DNA of 52,699 nt from Candidatus Magasanikiibacteriota bacterium (GTDB taxonomy: Bacteria; Patescibacteriota; Patescibacteriia; Magasanikbacterales; UBA922): positions 1 to 52,699 of the forward strand of contig DOMK01000016.1 in NCBI GenBank assembly GCA_003510435.1, given 5' to 3'. Every line of letters starts with the position of its first letter. Within the stretch, counting starts at the first letter, position 1. The notes beneath the pieces were generated by a model. That model ran no database searches. It had not been told where the DNA came from and saw only the letters and a program-made list of their open reading frames with translations. The translations under genes were made by a program, and so were the position numbers. Shown in pieces: positions 28,415-38,591 of this stretch.

Positions 28415-29047
28415 TTAATAATTTTTATTTATTTTTTTGTAAGTTGTATTATTAGTCCGGACATTTTTTCTTTCCACCTGTCTCTTGGCTGGAGCTGATT
28501 GTGGGTAGGGTGGAGTGTTGAGAGTCCCAATCAAAAACTTTTCTTTATCTTTACCCAAATCAATAAAATCATCCACTGATTCAATTAATTTTGCCGATGA
28601 AGTATCACCAAAAGCTGCCACTTCTACTTGTTTACCTGTACTTTGTAAATATTCTACCAAGGGAATATAGTCGCCATCGCCAGACACAATTACAATGGCA
28701 TCCAAACTAGGAGATAAACGAATCGCATCTACAGTCAAACCCACATCCCAATCCGCTTTTTTCATACCACTAGAAAAAATTTGTAAATCTTTTTCTCTAG
28801 TTTCAATGCCAAGATTGTACAAGGCTTCAAAAAATGGTTGTTCATCTTTGGATTCAGTGCGGACAACATAGGCAATCGCGCGAATCAATTTTCTGCCCGC
28901 CACCGCTTCACTCACAATATTACCAAAATTAACCTTTTTGTTATAAAGATTCTTGGCAGAATAATACATATTCTGCACATCAATAAACACCCCTACGCGT
29001 TGCTCGGGGTGTTTTAATGGGTTTCGATTGTTATTCTTCTTTAACAT
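28415..29047 (-). CDS. NYN-domain (LabA/DUF88) protein
   Basis: VFIDVQN, KADWDV, VSGDGDY.PL. Confidence 0.9.
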   Translation of the reverse strand: MLKKNNNRNPLKHPEQRVGVFIDVQNMYYSAKNLYNKKVNFGNIVSEAVAGRKLIRAIAYVVRTESKDEQPFFEALYNLGIETREKDLQIFSSGMKKADWDVGLTVDAIRLSPSLDAIVIVSGDGDYIPLVEYLQSTGKQVEVAAFGDTSSAKLIESVDDFIDLGKDKEKFLIGTLNTPPYPQSAPAKRQVERKNVRTNNTTYKKINKNY

Positions 29048-29375
29048 CTTCTTCTTCATTAAGCTCATCCACCACTTCTTCAGTCGCTTCAGCCTTAGCC
29101 AATTGTTTGGCTTGTTTTAATTTCAATTTTTTGACCAATTCTTCGTATGATTTGTTGTTTTCTTTCTTCAAATAACGCAATAATCTGCGTCTTTCTCCAA
29201 CTTTGCGGAGTAAACCTCGGCGAGAAGAATGATCTTTGTGATGAGCTTTTAAATGCTCTACCAACTCATCAATTTCGGCGGTCAGAATGGCAATTTGCAC
29301 TTCTGAAGAACCGGTATCTCCTTCGTGAGTCTGAAATTTCTTAATTATTTTTGCTTTTTTTTCTTTTGCAAGCAT
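29031..29375 (-). CDS. rpsO: 30S ribosomal protein S15 with acidic C-terminal extension
   Basis: [25 protein letters not shown]. Confidence 0.97.
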   Translation of the reverse strand: MLAKEKKAKIIKKFQTHEGDTGSSEVQIAILTAEIDELVEHLKAHHKDHSSRRGLLRKVGERRRLLRYLKKENNKSYEELVKKLKLKQAKQLAKAEATEEVVDELNEEEDVKEE

Positions 29376-29391
29376 ACATGCATATTTTTTA

Positions 29392-29445
29392 TCGGGCACA
29401 CCCCAGGCATGATTCTAGGCTGGTCCGATTCGCTATTTCTAGCGA
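29392..29445 (-). promoter_or_regulatory. Putative rpsO leader structure
   Basis: Hairpins TCGCTA-GAAA-TAGCGA and TCGG..CCTAG..CTGGG..CCGA downstream of promoter TTGACA-17-TATACT (29495-29523). Confidence 0.5.
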
Positions 29446-29570
29446 GTTTATTAGAGTCTTAATCTTTTAAAGGTTATTTGACTAAGACGAAAAAAGTATA
29501 CCAGAATTAAACCGAATTGTCAATAGACGCCCTAAATGCTATAATTCTCCTATATTTAACTAAAAAACAT

Positions 29571-30029
29571 ATGGAAATCAATTATCCTCTCTATATTGCC
29601 TCTGACCATGCCGGTTATCAACTCAAAAAACGCCTGGTTAGATACTTTGAAAATGAACTAAATATCAAATTTGAAGACTTGGGACCAAATGAATACAACG
29701 AGGAAGATGACTTTCCCGACTTTATCATGCCCGCTGCCAAAAAAGCTGTAGAAAACAAGGGAGAAGCTATCTTGATCTGTGGTTCTGGCATTGGTGCCTG
29801 CATTTCAGCCAATAAAGTCCCTGGTATGTATGCAGCCTTGGGTTATAATATAGAAGCCGCGGAAACATCGCGCAAACATAATAATGTAAATGGCCTCTGC
29901 CTCGCTGGCCGAGTTCTAAGTGAAGACCATGCCATGGCAATTGTGAAAAAATGGTTGGAAAATAAAGGTGAGTTTATTGGCGGAAAATATCAGAGACGGA
30001 TAAAAAAGATAGATGAGTTTGGAAAATAA
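29571..30029 (+). CDS. rpiB: Ribose-5-phosphate isomerase B
   Basis: ASDHAG, CGSGIG..ANK, RKHNNVN. Confidence 0.93.
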   Translation: MEINYPLYIASDHAGYQLKKRLVRYFENELNIKFEDLGPNEYNEEDDFPDFIMPAAKKAVENKGEAILICGSGIGACISANKVPGMYAALGYNIEAAETSRKHNNVNGLCLAGRVLSEDHAMAIVKKWLENKGEFIGGKYQRRIKKIDEFGK

Positions 30030-30108
30030 AATATATAATTGTTGTAAATGTTCTATCGCTTCGCTTGTTCAAATTGAACATTTACAACATCTTCAACAAT
30101 TACAACAT

Positions 30109-30759
30109 ATGATAATAATCCCTTCCATCCTCGTCCAATCCAAAGAAGAATATATAAAACAAATCCAAGCCGTCCAATCTGTAGTTGATATGATCCAACT
30201 TGATATTGCTGATGGTAAATTTGTGCCAAATATAACTTGGGCTGATCCTGATGTAGTAGAACAATATACCAATATTGATGTGGAATTGCATTTGATGGTA
30301 CAAAATCCACTAGAGGAAATAAAAAAATGGACTAACATAAAAAATATCAAAAGAATCTTAATCCACGCTGAATCTGATTTTGATTTTCCGTTGATCACTG
30401 ATCACTTATCATCAAAAAATATTGAACTAGGCATAGTCCTTAATCCTAACACTCCGCTCTCGGTTTTAAAACCATATATTGAACAAATCACTACTGTTAT
30501 GTTTATGGGAGTGTATCCTGGTTTCCAAGGTCAAAATCTAATTCCCGAAGTTTTGGAAAAAATTGTAGAGTTTAATTCTGAATATTCTAATATTTTTACA
30601 GAAATTGATGGGGCTGTAAACTTTGATACTCTGCCAGACATTATCCAAACTGAAGTCAAAGCCATTTGCCCAGGCAGTGCTATTTTTGGCAATGGTAATC
30701 CCGCAGACAATATAGAAAAGATGAAAGAGATTATAAACAAGTTGACGAATAACAAATAA
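30109..30759 (+). CDS. rpe: Ribulose-phosphate 3-epimerase (start ATG 30109)
   Basis: DIADGKFVPN, HLMV, M.V.PGFQGQ, IDGAVN. Confidence 0.93.
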   Translation: MIIIPSILVQSKEEYIKQIQAVQSVVDMIQLDIADGKFVPNITWADPDVVEQYTNIDVELHLMVQNPLEEIKKWTNIKNIKRILIHAESDFDFPLITDHLSSKNIELGIVLNPNTPLSVLKPYIEQITTVMFMGVYPGFQGQNLIPEVLEKIVEFNSEYSNIFTEIDGAVNFDTLPDIIQTEVKAICPGSAIFGNGNPADNIEKMKEIINKLTNNK

Positions 30760-30800
30760 ACATATATTATACGCAAGCTAAATATAATTTATAAATATTT

Positions 30801-31757
30801 ATGAAAGACTTAATCATCATTGGTGCCTCAGCTGCTGGGATGTCAGCAGCAATTTATGCGGGTAGAAATAACCTAGACTTTTTAATTGTCAGCAAAGATA
30901 TTGGTGGGGAGGTTGCTCTATCTGGTAAAGTTGGCAACTGGCCTGGAACTATTACTACGACCGGTGTAGAACTAGCCAAAAATTTTCATGATCATGTCAA
31001 ATCTATTCATATTCAAATTGATGACGGTTTTGAGGTGACAGAAATTAAACAAGTAAAAAATTACCATATTGTGATGGCCAAAAATTATGCTGGTGAAGAA
31101 AGACAATACGAGACCAAAGCCGTTATTATTGCCTCCGGTATTCACCCCCGACATCTGGGTATTCCTGGTGATAAAGAATTTTATGGCAAAGGCATTACTT
31201 ATTGTACCACTTGTGATGGTCCATTGTTCAAAAATAAAATCACCGCTACAGTTGGCGCTGGTAATTCGGCTCTAGAATCAGTCCTCACCATGACCAAAAT
31301 CGCCCAAAAAGTTTATTTGTTAACTAGATATAATGATGACCATGAAAATAATGGCGGTTTCCCAAAAGGTGAAAGAATTTTAATTGATAAAGTAAAAGCT
31401 CTGGAAAATGTAGAAATAATTTATAATGCTGATACTCAAGAAATTATTGGCGACCAAATGGTGACGGGTTTGAAATATACGGACTTAAATACCAAGGAAA
31501 ATAAACAAATAGACTTGAATGGTGTCATGATTCATATTGGTATGACGCCAAATTCTGATTTTGTAAATTGTGTAGACAAAAGTCCAATGGGAGAAATAAA
31601 AGTGGATCTAAAATGCGCCACCAATTGCCCTGGTCTTTTTGCCGCTGGCGACGTCACCAATATTCCTTTCAAACAAATTGTAATTGCCGCTGGCCATGGT
31701 GTCACCGCTGCCTTGAGTGCGATTGGATATATCAATCGGTGGAAAGAACTCACTTAA
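30801..31757 (+). CDS. trxB: Thioredoxin reductase/AhpF-like flavoprotein
   Basis: IIGASAAG, YCTTCDG, GAGNSA, FAAGD. Confidence 0.9.
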   Translation: MKDLIIIGASAAGMSAAIYAGRNNLDFLIVSKDIGGEVALSGKVGNWPGTITTTGVELAKNFHDHVKSIHIQIDDGFEVTEIKQVKNYHIVMAKNYAGEERQYETKAVIIASGIHPRHLGIPGDKEFYGKGITYCTTCDGPLFKNKITATVGAGNSALESVLTMTKIAQKVYLLTRYNDDHENNGGFPKGERILIDKVKALENVEIIYNADTQEIIGDQMVTGLKYTDLNTKENKQIDLNGVMIHIGMTPNSDFVNCVDKSPMGEIKVDLKCATNCPGLFAAGDVTNIPFKQIVIAAGHGVTAALSAIGYINRWKELT

Positions 31758-31789
31758 TCACTCTACCACCTAATCACTAAATCACTTAC

Positions 31790-31815
31790 AGACCTCCTTT
31801 ATAGGAGGTTTTTTA
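31790..31815 (+). terminator. Intrinsic terminator
   Basis: ACCTCCT-TTAT-AGGAGGTTTTT. Confidence 0.75.
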
Positions 31816-31860
31816 TTGTTAAACTATATGCTATAATATATTTACTTTATCAAAATCTCT

Positions 31861-32082
31861 ATGTTTCCTATTATAATCAAAATCATTGGCGCAATTGGCC
31901 TCATCTTTATCACCTGGGGTATATTTATAAAAAATGAAATAAAACAAGACTGGATTTTCGTTATTGGTGGTTTATTTTTATTAGCCTACAGTGCTTATCT
32001 CAAAGATCCGATTTTTATTCCTTTACAAATTGTCTTTGTTCTAGCCAGTCTCTACGAAATTTATACTTTACGAAAAAAATAA
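31861..32082 (+). CDS. Small three-TM membrane protein
   Basis: 73 aa hydrophobic ORF; paralogous to next gene (K-x-QD..F.IG..L..Y). Confidence 0.8.
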   Translation: MFPIIIKIIGAIGLIFITWGIFIKNEIKQDWIFVIGGLFLLAYSAYLKDPIFIPLQIVFVLASLYEIYTLRKK

Positions 32083-32149
32083 TAGTACTTTATAACCTGC
32101 CTGTGCAGGCAGGCTAAAACCCAAAACCTAATTACTAAAACCTAACTCT

Positions 32150-32476
32150 ATGTTTTTACAAAACCTCATCCCTCAACTTCCTCAAACTTTATCCGAAACC
32201 ATGATTTATGTGGTAGCTTTCTTGGGTATTATCCTTATTGGTTATGGTGTTTTTTTGGAAACTGAAAAACGTCAAGATTTGGTATTTTTAATTGGTGCTG
32301 GATCACTACTCGTTTATGCCATATTTATTGGTAATTTAATTTTTACTATTGCTATGGCCGTATTTTTCTTGGCTTCGCTAACTGAATTTCTGGAAATTTT
32401 ACTTGGTATACACAAGCATAACGACCACTGTCTTAAACAAATAATCCGCGAGGGCAGACAAATTTTAAAAAAATAA
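32150..32476 (+). CDS. Small three-TM membrane protein
   Basis: 108 aa hydrophobic ORF, paralog of previous gene. Confidence 0.8.
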   Translation: MFLQNLIPQLPQTLSETMIYVVAFLGIILIGYGVFLETEKRQDLVFLIGAGSLLVYAIFIGNLIFTIAMAVFFLASLTEFLEILLGIHKHNDHCLKQIIREGRQILKK

Positions 32477-32479
32477 AAT

Positions 32480-33454
32480 ATGTTTAATATAATCACCATT
32501 GGCGATTCTACAGTTGATAATTTCATTATTATTGATGATAACGAAGCAAGTTTGCAATGTGATCTAAATACTGACACCTGCAAACTGTGTTTTAATTATG
32601 CTGACAAAATTCCAATTAAACACACGGCTCATGCTGTCGGTGGTAATGCTGCCAATATTGCTGTTGGTTGTAAAAAACTCGGTTTAAAATCAGCTATCTA
32701 TACTGAAATCGGCGACGATATTAATGGTGAAATAATAAAAGATGAATTGGCCAAAGCCAAAGTCAGTCCTGATTTTATAAAAGTCCTCCACAATCAAGAC
32801 AGTCGTTATGCGGTAGTACTAAATTACAAAAGCGAACGCACCATTCTATCCCATTATATAAAAAGAAAATATCATTTACCAAAATTATCAAAAACTGATT
32901 GGCTATATTATAGTTCGTTGTGTGGAGATATTACCCAAGTACAAAAAAGTATTATTAAATATCTAAAAAATAATCCAAATACAAAATTAGCTGTTAATCC
33001 GGGTTCACACCAAATTAAAACTTGTTCTACAGAATTGAAAAAAATTCTACCATTTACTTATTTATTATTTGTAAACAAAGAAGAAGCCCGGTGTCTGGTT
33101 GGTAAAAAAGCCGACACAACCCAATTAATAAAATCTCTTCATACTAAGGGTGTAAAAATTGTGGTGATTACTGATGGTACCAAGGGTGCGACTGCGTCTG
33201 ATGGTAATATTATATACCACATGGCAATTTATCCAATCAAAGCTACAGGAAAAACTGGTGCCGGTGATGCTTTTGCTAGTGGCTTTTTATCGGCTATTCA
33301 CTATGGTAAAAATATAACCGAGGCTATGCAATGGGGTACGGCTAACGCCGGTGGAGTAATTCAACAAATCGGCGCGCAAAAAGGTTTATTAAATAAATCT
33401 AATCTAGAAAAACTAATTAAAAAATACCCCAAAATAATCCCAAGAAAAATCTAA
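32480..33454 (+). CDS. PfkB-family carbohydrate kinase
   Basis: GGNAAN, N..EA, TGAGDAF. Confidence 0.93.
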   Translation: MFNIITIGDSTVDNFIIIDDNEASLQCDLNTDTCKLCFNYADKIPIKHTAHAVGGNAANIAVGCKKLGLKSAIYTEIGDDINGEIIKDELAKAKVSPDFIKVLHNQDSRYAVVLNYKSERTILSHYIKRKYHLPKLSKTDWLYYSSLCGDITQVQKSIIKYLKNNPNTKLAVNPGSHQIKTCSTELKKILPFTYLLFVNKEEARCLVGKKADTTQLIKSLHTKGVKIVVITDGTKGATASDGNIIYHMAIYPIKATGKTGAGDAFASGFLSAIHYGKNITEAMQWGTANAGGVIQQIGAQKGLLNKSNLEKLIKKYPKIIPRKI

Positions 33455-33508
33455 TTCAAAAAAAACAAAAGAGACGTGCAAAAACATGTCTCTTTTTTAT
33501 TATTATAA

Positions 33509-34213
33509 TTATTCTATTCTATGTAATTTCTTGGCAATCTTTCGTTCCGCAAAATGTTCATGAGCATTAATAACATGAATAAGTTCAGTATTCGGCCCTA
33601 ATAAACATAATCCAAATTCAAATGATCTTACTTGCGCGCGAATTTCATCGGCCAAGCGAGGATGTTCTTCTTCATCTTCAGCCATAGATCGAAAAGTTTC
33701 TAGCCGTTTTTCTATATCATCAAGTATCATTTGAAAATCCACAATTAAACTCTCATACTTCTTTCTGTCTATACCCAAAACTGCTTGTATAGCATGTAAT
33801 TTAATATCATTATCAACTTCAATTAACTTCTCTTGCAAAATCATTCTTTCTTCAATTTCAAAATATTCTGCTGGACCACCTACCCGCAAATCATGATAAG
33901 TGACACCTTGTTCTTTCAGTTCTTTTACTTTGTTTTTCAAAACTACTGGTAATTTGCCAAATAAAAATTTCTCTCCAAGTTTGCCCTGATGCATATCCAA
34001 AAACTCACCAAAAGCCCGACGATATGGCCAAACCTTTTTACCAAGTGATATTACAATATTTTCTACATCATTGGTATCCACGGTCACATCATCATGTAGA
34101 TGTTCCAAAGCATGTTCAAACTCAAACTTAATTTCTGGTGGTAAAAGTGGTGGTAATTGATTGTATATTCGTTCGAAGATGTCGATTGTGTGTTTGTTTG
34201 TAGAGTGAGACAT
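33509..34213 (-). CDS. Hypothetical helical protein (start likely ATG 34213)
   Basis: Long ORF converging on terminator at 33468-33498. Confidence 0.8.
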   Translation of the reverse strand: MSHSTNKHTIDIFERIYNQLPPLLPPEIKFEFEHALEHLHDDVTVDTNDVENIVISLGKKVWPYRRAFGEFLDMHQGKLGEKFLFGKLPVVLKNKVKELKEQGVTYHDLRVGGPAEYFEIEERMILQEKLIEVDNDIKLHAIQAVLGIDRKKYESLIVDFQMILDDIEKRLETFRSMAEDEEEHPRLADEIRAQVRSFEFGLCLLGPNTELIHVINAHEHFAERKIAKKLHRIE

Positions 34214-34357
34214 AAATTTAACAGTAATTATACAGAAATTATGACACAAATTTAACAAATATTATTTTAGCCTTCATCTTTGTTAAATTTTTGTCTAATT
34301 TTAGTAAAATTTATTTTACTAATCGTATTATACCAAATAAACCCACAAATTAACACC

Positions 34358-35029
34358 CTACTTACTAAAGGAAATAAAATCTCGCCAACGTAGGTACAAT
34401 TCCCTCGTCGCATGCAAATCTCCAGCACAATACCGAGCAATCTTTTCATATTCGTGAGCTTTAAATAATGGTGCCACATCATGACCAGTCACTCCTTCAG
34501 ACTTAGGTGATTTGATGCCAAAACTTTTACAATAAAAATCTAAATTAAATTTTCGGATTGCGCTATAAAATGTTAATTGTTCAAGTAAATCAATATGTTG
34601 ATCCACACTATACCGATAAGGCATCAGATTCTTACTTGGTCTAACCTTTAACATAGCTGAGCGAAGCATAAGAACTGGACAATCAAATCCCCGACCATTA
34701 AATGTCACAAACTTATTGGCATGAGCAATTGCACTCCAAAATTTTTCTAAAATCTCCCTTTCATTTCCTCCCCAATATTTAATACCATTGTCTTCAAATA
34801 ATTCACCAGTCTTATCAGACTCAAAGTACATCCCGCCTTTCTGTGTTTCCACACACAGCATACCAATCGCCACGATCTGATTTGTCGGTGCCCACAAAGC
34901 CATTTGTTCTTTTACTTTTTGTTCATCTTCTTCATCTTCGGCAAATTTATTCAAATAATACTTTTGTGCCTCATCCAAAGAATCATAGTCCTGAGGAATT
35001 GTTTCAATGTCAAAGATTATTGTTTTCAT
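34358..35029 (-). CDS. PolB-type 3'-5' exonuclease (RNase H-like)
   Basis: FDIET, TFNGRGFD, YCAGD. Confidence 0.9.
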   Translation of the reverse strand: MKTIIFDIETIPQDYDSLDEAQKYYLNKFAEDEEDEQKVKEQMALWAPTNQIVAIGMLCVETQKGGMYFESDKTGELFEDNGIKYWGGNEREILEKFWSAIAHANKFVTFNGRGFDCPVLMLRSAMLKVRPSKNLMPYRYSVDQHIDLLEQLTFYSAIRKFNLDFYCKSFGIKSPKSEGVTGHDVAPLFKAHEYEKIARYCAGDLHATRELYLRWRDFISFSK

Positions 35030-35036
35030 ATTCGTC

Positions 35037-35186
35037 TGTCATCCCGAGTGAAGCCGATTCGCATCGGCTGACGAGGGATCCCTTTTTAGCGCACAGACCA
35101 GTGCTATTTATAAAATAAAATTTAATGCAAATTAATTAACTTGAAAAGGGATTTCTCCCCTTCGATTTCACTCAGGGTCGAAATGA
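35037..35186. repeat. Paired-REP/MITE-like element
   Basis: TGTCATCCCGAG..GAGGGATCCC ... GGGATTTCTC..GGTCGAAATGA; supplies the trmH stop codon. Confidence 0.7.
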
Positions 35187-35645
35187 GGAGCTAATTTCAT
35201 ACATCACAATCCCAGCCGCAATACTCACATTCAAACTTTCTTTTTTTCCATACATCGGAATATGAACAACTAAATCACACATTTTCAAAATATCTTCACT
35301 AATTCCATCTACTTCATTACCTACAATTAAAACAATATCCTTCTCTGTTAATTGTTTACTGATCACTGATAACTGTTCACTAGTATTTGTCTTCTCAAGT
35401 CCAACAACATAAAATCCTTTCTTTTTTAGTGATACAAGTAAACGTTTCAAATCTTTCCGATATTCCCACGGCATCCAAGTTTCCGCTCCCAAAGATACTT
35501 TATCAATCTGGGGTTTTGGTGGACAAGCAGTGTACCCAACTAAATATAATTTATCTATTCCAAAAGCATCAGCCGTTCTAAACATGGCACCGACATTATG
35601 ACAAGACCGAATATCTGGTAATATTAAATAAAACTTATTTTTCAT
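35172..35645 (-). CDS. TrmH/SpoU-family RNA methyltransferase
   Basis: NVGAMFRTADAFG, GNEVDG, IPMYG..ESLNVS. Confidence 0.92.
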   Translation of the reverse strand: MKNKFYLILPDIRSCHNVGAMFRTADAFGIDKLYLVGYTACPPKPQIDKVSLGAETWMPWEYRKDLKRLLVSLKKKGFYVVGLEKTNTSEQLSVISKQLTEKDIVLIVGNEVDGISEDILKMCDLVVHIPMYGKKESLNVSIAAGIVMYEISSSFRP

Positions 35646-35732
35646 AACTATATTCTCTCATATTTACACAAAAAAACAACCCCACTCTTGTGGAGCCGGG
35701 TCATTTTATATAATATAAATTAAATTAATTTA

Positions 35733-36908
35733 TTATTGAGTTGTAGTTGCAACTACTGGTGGTAATTTTCTTTCTTCTTTTTTTTCTATTCTATTTTCTA
35801 TCCTGTCCTGCACTTTTTCTACTCTCTGCAATTTATTAATCACACTTTCATCACCATTTTCAACTGCTTCTTGTAATTTTGTTTCAACTTTTTCTAACTT
35901 TTGGTCTTTATCTTCTAATCTATTTTCTATTACCGCGCCTTTAATCTTTTGTTCCACTTTAATCATTTTTAATTGTTTTTGTGCTTGGACATCACCAGCT
36001 TGAGCTGATTCTTTTAGTCCTATCACTTTGGCTTTAAATTCTTCCCGATTTTGTTCCAAAGTTTGTTTTCTGGTTTCTTGAAGTTGTTGTAATTGTTCTT
36101 TAGCGCCTTCATCACCATTTTTTACTGCTTCAAGTAATGTTTTTTTCTGGGCTTGAAATTCTTTCACTTCGGCAGCATGTTCTTCAATTCTTGTTTTTAC
36201 ATTTTGTAAATGTTCTTTTACTTTTTCGGGAAGATTTTCATTTTCCATGGCTTTTAAAATTCCTTTACCTTTTTCCTCAATTTTTGCTCTCATCTCATTC
36301 CACTTAGCCATTTTTTCTTCAGGAATTTTTGCTTCAATTCTGTCCAAAACAGCCTCTTTGCGAATTTCATGAGTAGCAATATTTTTCAAAAACTTTTGTA
36401 CTCTTTCGTCTTTATTATCTAGCCATTCAGCCTTTTTGGCTTCTACCTTATCCATCATTTCCTGAGCTTTGGCAATTACTTGCTGTGCCCGTTCTTGTAC
36501 GGCTGAATCCTCTGAAACACTGGCAATTTTTTCAGCTATAGCCATGCGTTCTTCGGCAAATTTTAATTGTTTCTCAGCTTTTTTTAATGGATCAAAAGTT
36601 AGAGCGACTGACACTCTTTCTCTCATTCCCCGCCAAAATAATCCCCAACCAGTTGGCGCGGTTTCTGGTACGTCTAATTGTATATCTTCTAATTCATCAC
36701 TGATTTCTTCGCTAGTTGTTGTATCTTGGGTAGTATCATACAAAATTGGTATGGCCTCATCAGTAGTTGAATTAACCACGATTGTATCTACAATATCAGA
36801 TGTCACAGTTTCTGGAATAACCACTACTCCGTCTGTCTGTGCCATAGCATTTAAACCAAAAAATGCAGAAAACACGAGACAAAAAATGAAAAAATACATT
36901 TTCTTCAT
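35733..36908 (-). CDS. Secreted coiled-coil protein (DUF5667-like)
   Basis: Signal peptide; ERVSVALTFDP.KKAE..L.FAEER motif; charged helical tail. Confidence 0.8.
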   Translation of the reverse strand: MKKMYFFIFCLVFSAFFGLNAMAQTDGVVVIPETVTSDIVDTIVVNSTTDEAIPILYDTTQDTTTSEEISDELEDIQLDVPETAPTGWGLFWRGMRERVSVALTFDPLKKAEKQLKFAEERMAIAEKIASVSEDSAVQERAQQVIAKAQEMMDKVEAKKAEWLDNKDERVQKFLKNIATHEIRKEAVLDRIEAKIPEEKMAKWNEMRAKIEEKGKGILKAMENENLPEKVKEHLQNVKTRIEEHAAEVKEFQAQKKTLLEAVKNGDEGAKEQLQQLQETRKQTLEQNREEFKAKVIGLKESAQAGDVQAQKQLKMIKVEQKIKGAVIENRLEDKDQKLEKVETKLQEAVENGDESVINKLQRVEKVQDRIENRIEKKEERKLPPVVATTTQ

Positions 36909-36967
36909 ATTTATTTTATTAAAAATTAACCCCCTATTAAATAATAACATTGTATGTGTATATCAAA

Positions 36968-37099
36968 TTATCCAATGGAAACCTTTGGTAAAAATAAAAA
37001 AACAGCCACCACAAGTGCGATGCCTGCCAAAAGGTAATAATAAACAAAAGAATATTCTGAATTTTTGTGGGTTTCAGATACCCAATTCTGATTTTGCAT
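36968..37099 (-). CDS. Small single-TM protein, 43 aa (not in ORF track)
   Basis: MQNQNWVSETHKNSEYSFVYYYLLAGIALVVAVFLFLPKVSIG; promoter TTGACA-17-TATACT at 37163-37191. Confidence 0.65.
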   Translation of the reverse strand: MQNQNWVSETHKNSEYSFVYYYLLAGIALVVAVFLFLPKVSIG

Positions 37100-37268
37100 A
37101 TTTGTTTTTGTTTTTATTTTTAAAATCCTCTATTTTGGAAGATTTTATATTTTTATAAATACAGTATAGCATAAAATTTGTGTTTTGTCAATGGCATTTT
37201 TTTCTAAATTTTTAAAAAATTTGATAAACAATTGATTTTTTCTGGATTGTGTCGTACAATAATAAAAG

Positions 37269-37352
37269 GCTCACAAGGTCTACAAGGCACAAAAGGCTTA
37301 CAAACAGTAAGCCTCGCAAGCTTTGTAAGCCTCGCAAGCTTTGTAAGCCTCG
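37269..37352. repeat. Opposed 9-mer arrays with an 18-bp tandem repeat
   Basis: CACAAGGT/TACAAGGC units then (GTAAGCCTCGCAAGCTTT)x2. Confidence 0.75.
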
Positions 37353-37357
37353 TGTTT

Positions 37358-38359
37358 ATGTCCAAAAACCTACAAAATTATCTTCGTGAATTTCTAGAAC
37401 ACCTAGAAATTGAAAAAAACCGGAGTGATAAAACGATTCAAAATTATGATTTTTATTTATCACGTTTTTTGAATTGGTTTGGTGCGAGTAAAAACCCAGA
37501 AAAAATTATGGCGGAAGATGTCCGCCAATATCGTTTGTGGTTAAATAGATTGGTTGATGTTCATGGTGAATCACTGAAAAAAAATACTCAAAATTATCAC
37601 TTAATTGCCCTTCGATCATTTTTGAAGTACATGGCCAAACGCGATGTGGATACTCTGGCTTCAGAAAAAATTGAATTAATGAAAATGCCTGACCGAGAAG
37701 TTAGTTTTTTGGAAGGTAGTGATTTGAATAGACTATTGGAAGCACCAATTAGTATGAACCAAGCCAAAGATGGTAATGAAAAAACTGCTGGTACCACGAC
37801 TCTGATAAAATATCGTGATAAAGCCATTTTGGAAATGCTCTTTTCTACTGGTTTACGTGTCTCAGAACTTATCAAACTAAAAAAAGACAATGTTAATCTT
37901 GGTAAAGAAGAATTTACTGTCACTGGTAAAGGCAGAAAAACTCGAGTCGTATTTTTGTCTGAACAAGCCAAGTATTGGCTAAAAAAATATTTGGAAACAA
38001 GAAAAGATATGAATCCGTTTTTGTTTATTTCTCATGACAAACGTACTGGCAAAGGTGGAAATATGAAAATGAAAGGAAAAAAAATGGAATCCGTTGATGA
38101 GCCACTAACTCCTCGCTCGGTCCAAAGACTAGTACAAAAATATGCCCGAGCCGCTGGTATTACAAAAGAAGTGACGCCTCACACCCTGCGTCACTCTTAT
38201 GCCACCGATCTACTCCAAAATGGCGCTGACATTAGGAGTGTCCAAACTATGCTTGGCCATTCTTCTATTACAACTACCCAAATCTATACTCATATAACTG
38301 ACAAGGAATTACACAATATTTATAAAAAATTTCATGGCAAAAAAAGAGGTGGTGATTGA
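37358..38359 (+). CDS. XerC/XerD-like tyrosine recombinase (start ATG 37358)
   Basis: RD.AILE.LFSTGLRVSE, GKGRK.R, HTLRHSYAT, LGHSS..TTQIY. Confidence 0.93.
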   Translation: MSKNLQNYLREFLEHLEIEKNRSDKTIQNYDFYLSRFLNWFGASKNPEKIMAEDVRQYRLWLNRLVDVHGESLKKNTQNYHLIALRSFLKYMAKRDVDTLASEKIELMKMPDREVSFLEGSDLNRLLEAPISMNQAKDGNEKTAGTTTLIKYRDKAILEMLFSTGLRVSELIKLKKDNVNLGKEEFTVTGKGRKTRVVFLSEQAKYWLKKYLETRKDMNPFLFISHDKRTGKGGNMKMKGKKMESVDEPLTPRSVQRLVQKYARAAGITKEVTPHTLRHSYATDLLQNGADIRSVQTMLGHSSITTTQIYTHITDKELHNIYKKFHGKKRGGD

Positions 38360-38399
38360 CAAAAAACAAAAAATAAGCTAAAATATAACCCACAAAATT

Positions 38400-38471
38400 G
38401 CGCTCGTAGTTCAATGGATAGAATAGAAGCCTTCTAAGCTTTAGATCCAGGTTCGATTCCTGGCGGGCGCA
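38400..38471 (+). tRNA. tRNA-Arg(TCT)
   Basis: GCGCTCG/CGGGCGC acceptor, loop CTTCTAA, GTTCGATTCC; promoter TTGACA-17-TAAAAT at 38356-38384. Confidence 0.97.
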
Positions 38472-38591
38472 CTAATGACGTTTTGTTTCATATGACAAAG
38501 CGTTTTTTATTTGTTAATCTTGATTCTTGCCAAAAAACCATAATATAGCTATAATATAGACATAATTTATTAATTCTTAAACAAAAAATCT

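Noticed and set aside
30013-30108. N-terminal extensions of rpe, csoR, xer and pnp in the ORF track
   Set aside because: They translate repeat arrays or leader hairpins; downstream ATGs match family starts
37358-38359. Tyrosine recombinase as the integron integrase or a prophage integrase at tRNA-Arg
   Set aside because: Lacks the IntI-specific insertion, is 13 kb from the cassettes, looks like housekeeping Xer; no duplicated tRNA-Arg end or phage genes seen
38357-38359. Alternative genetic code (TGA = Gly)
   Set aside because: Long genes are intact under code 11, and TGA ends xer right before the tRNA-Arg promoter and gene
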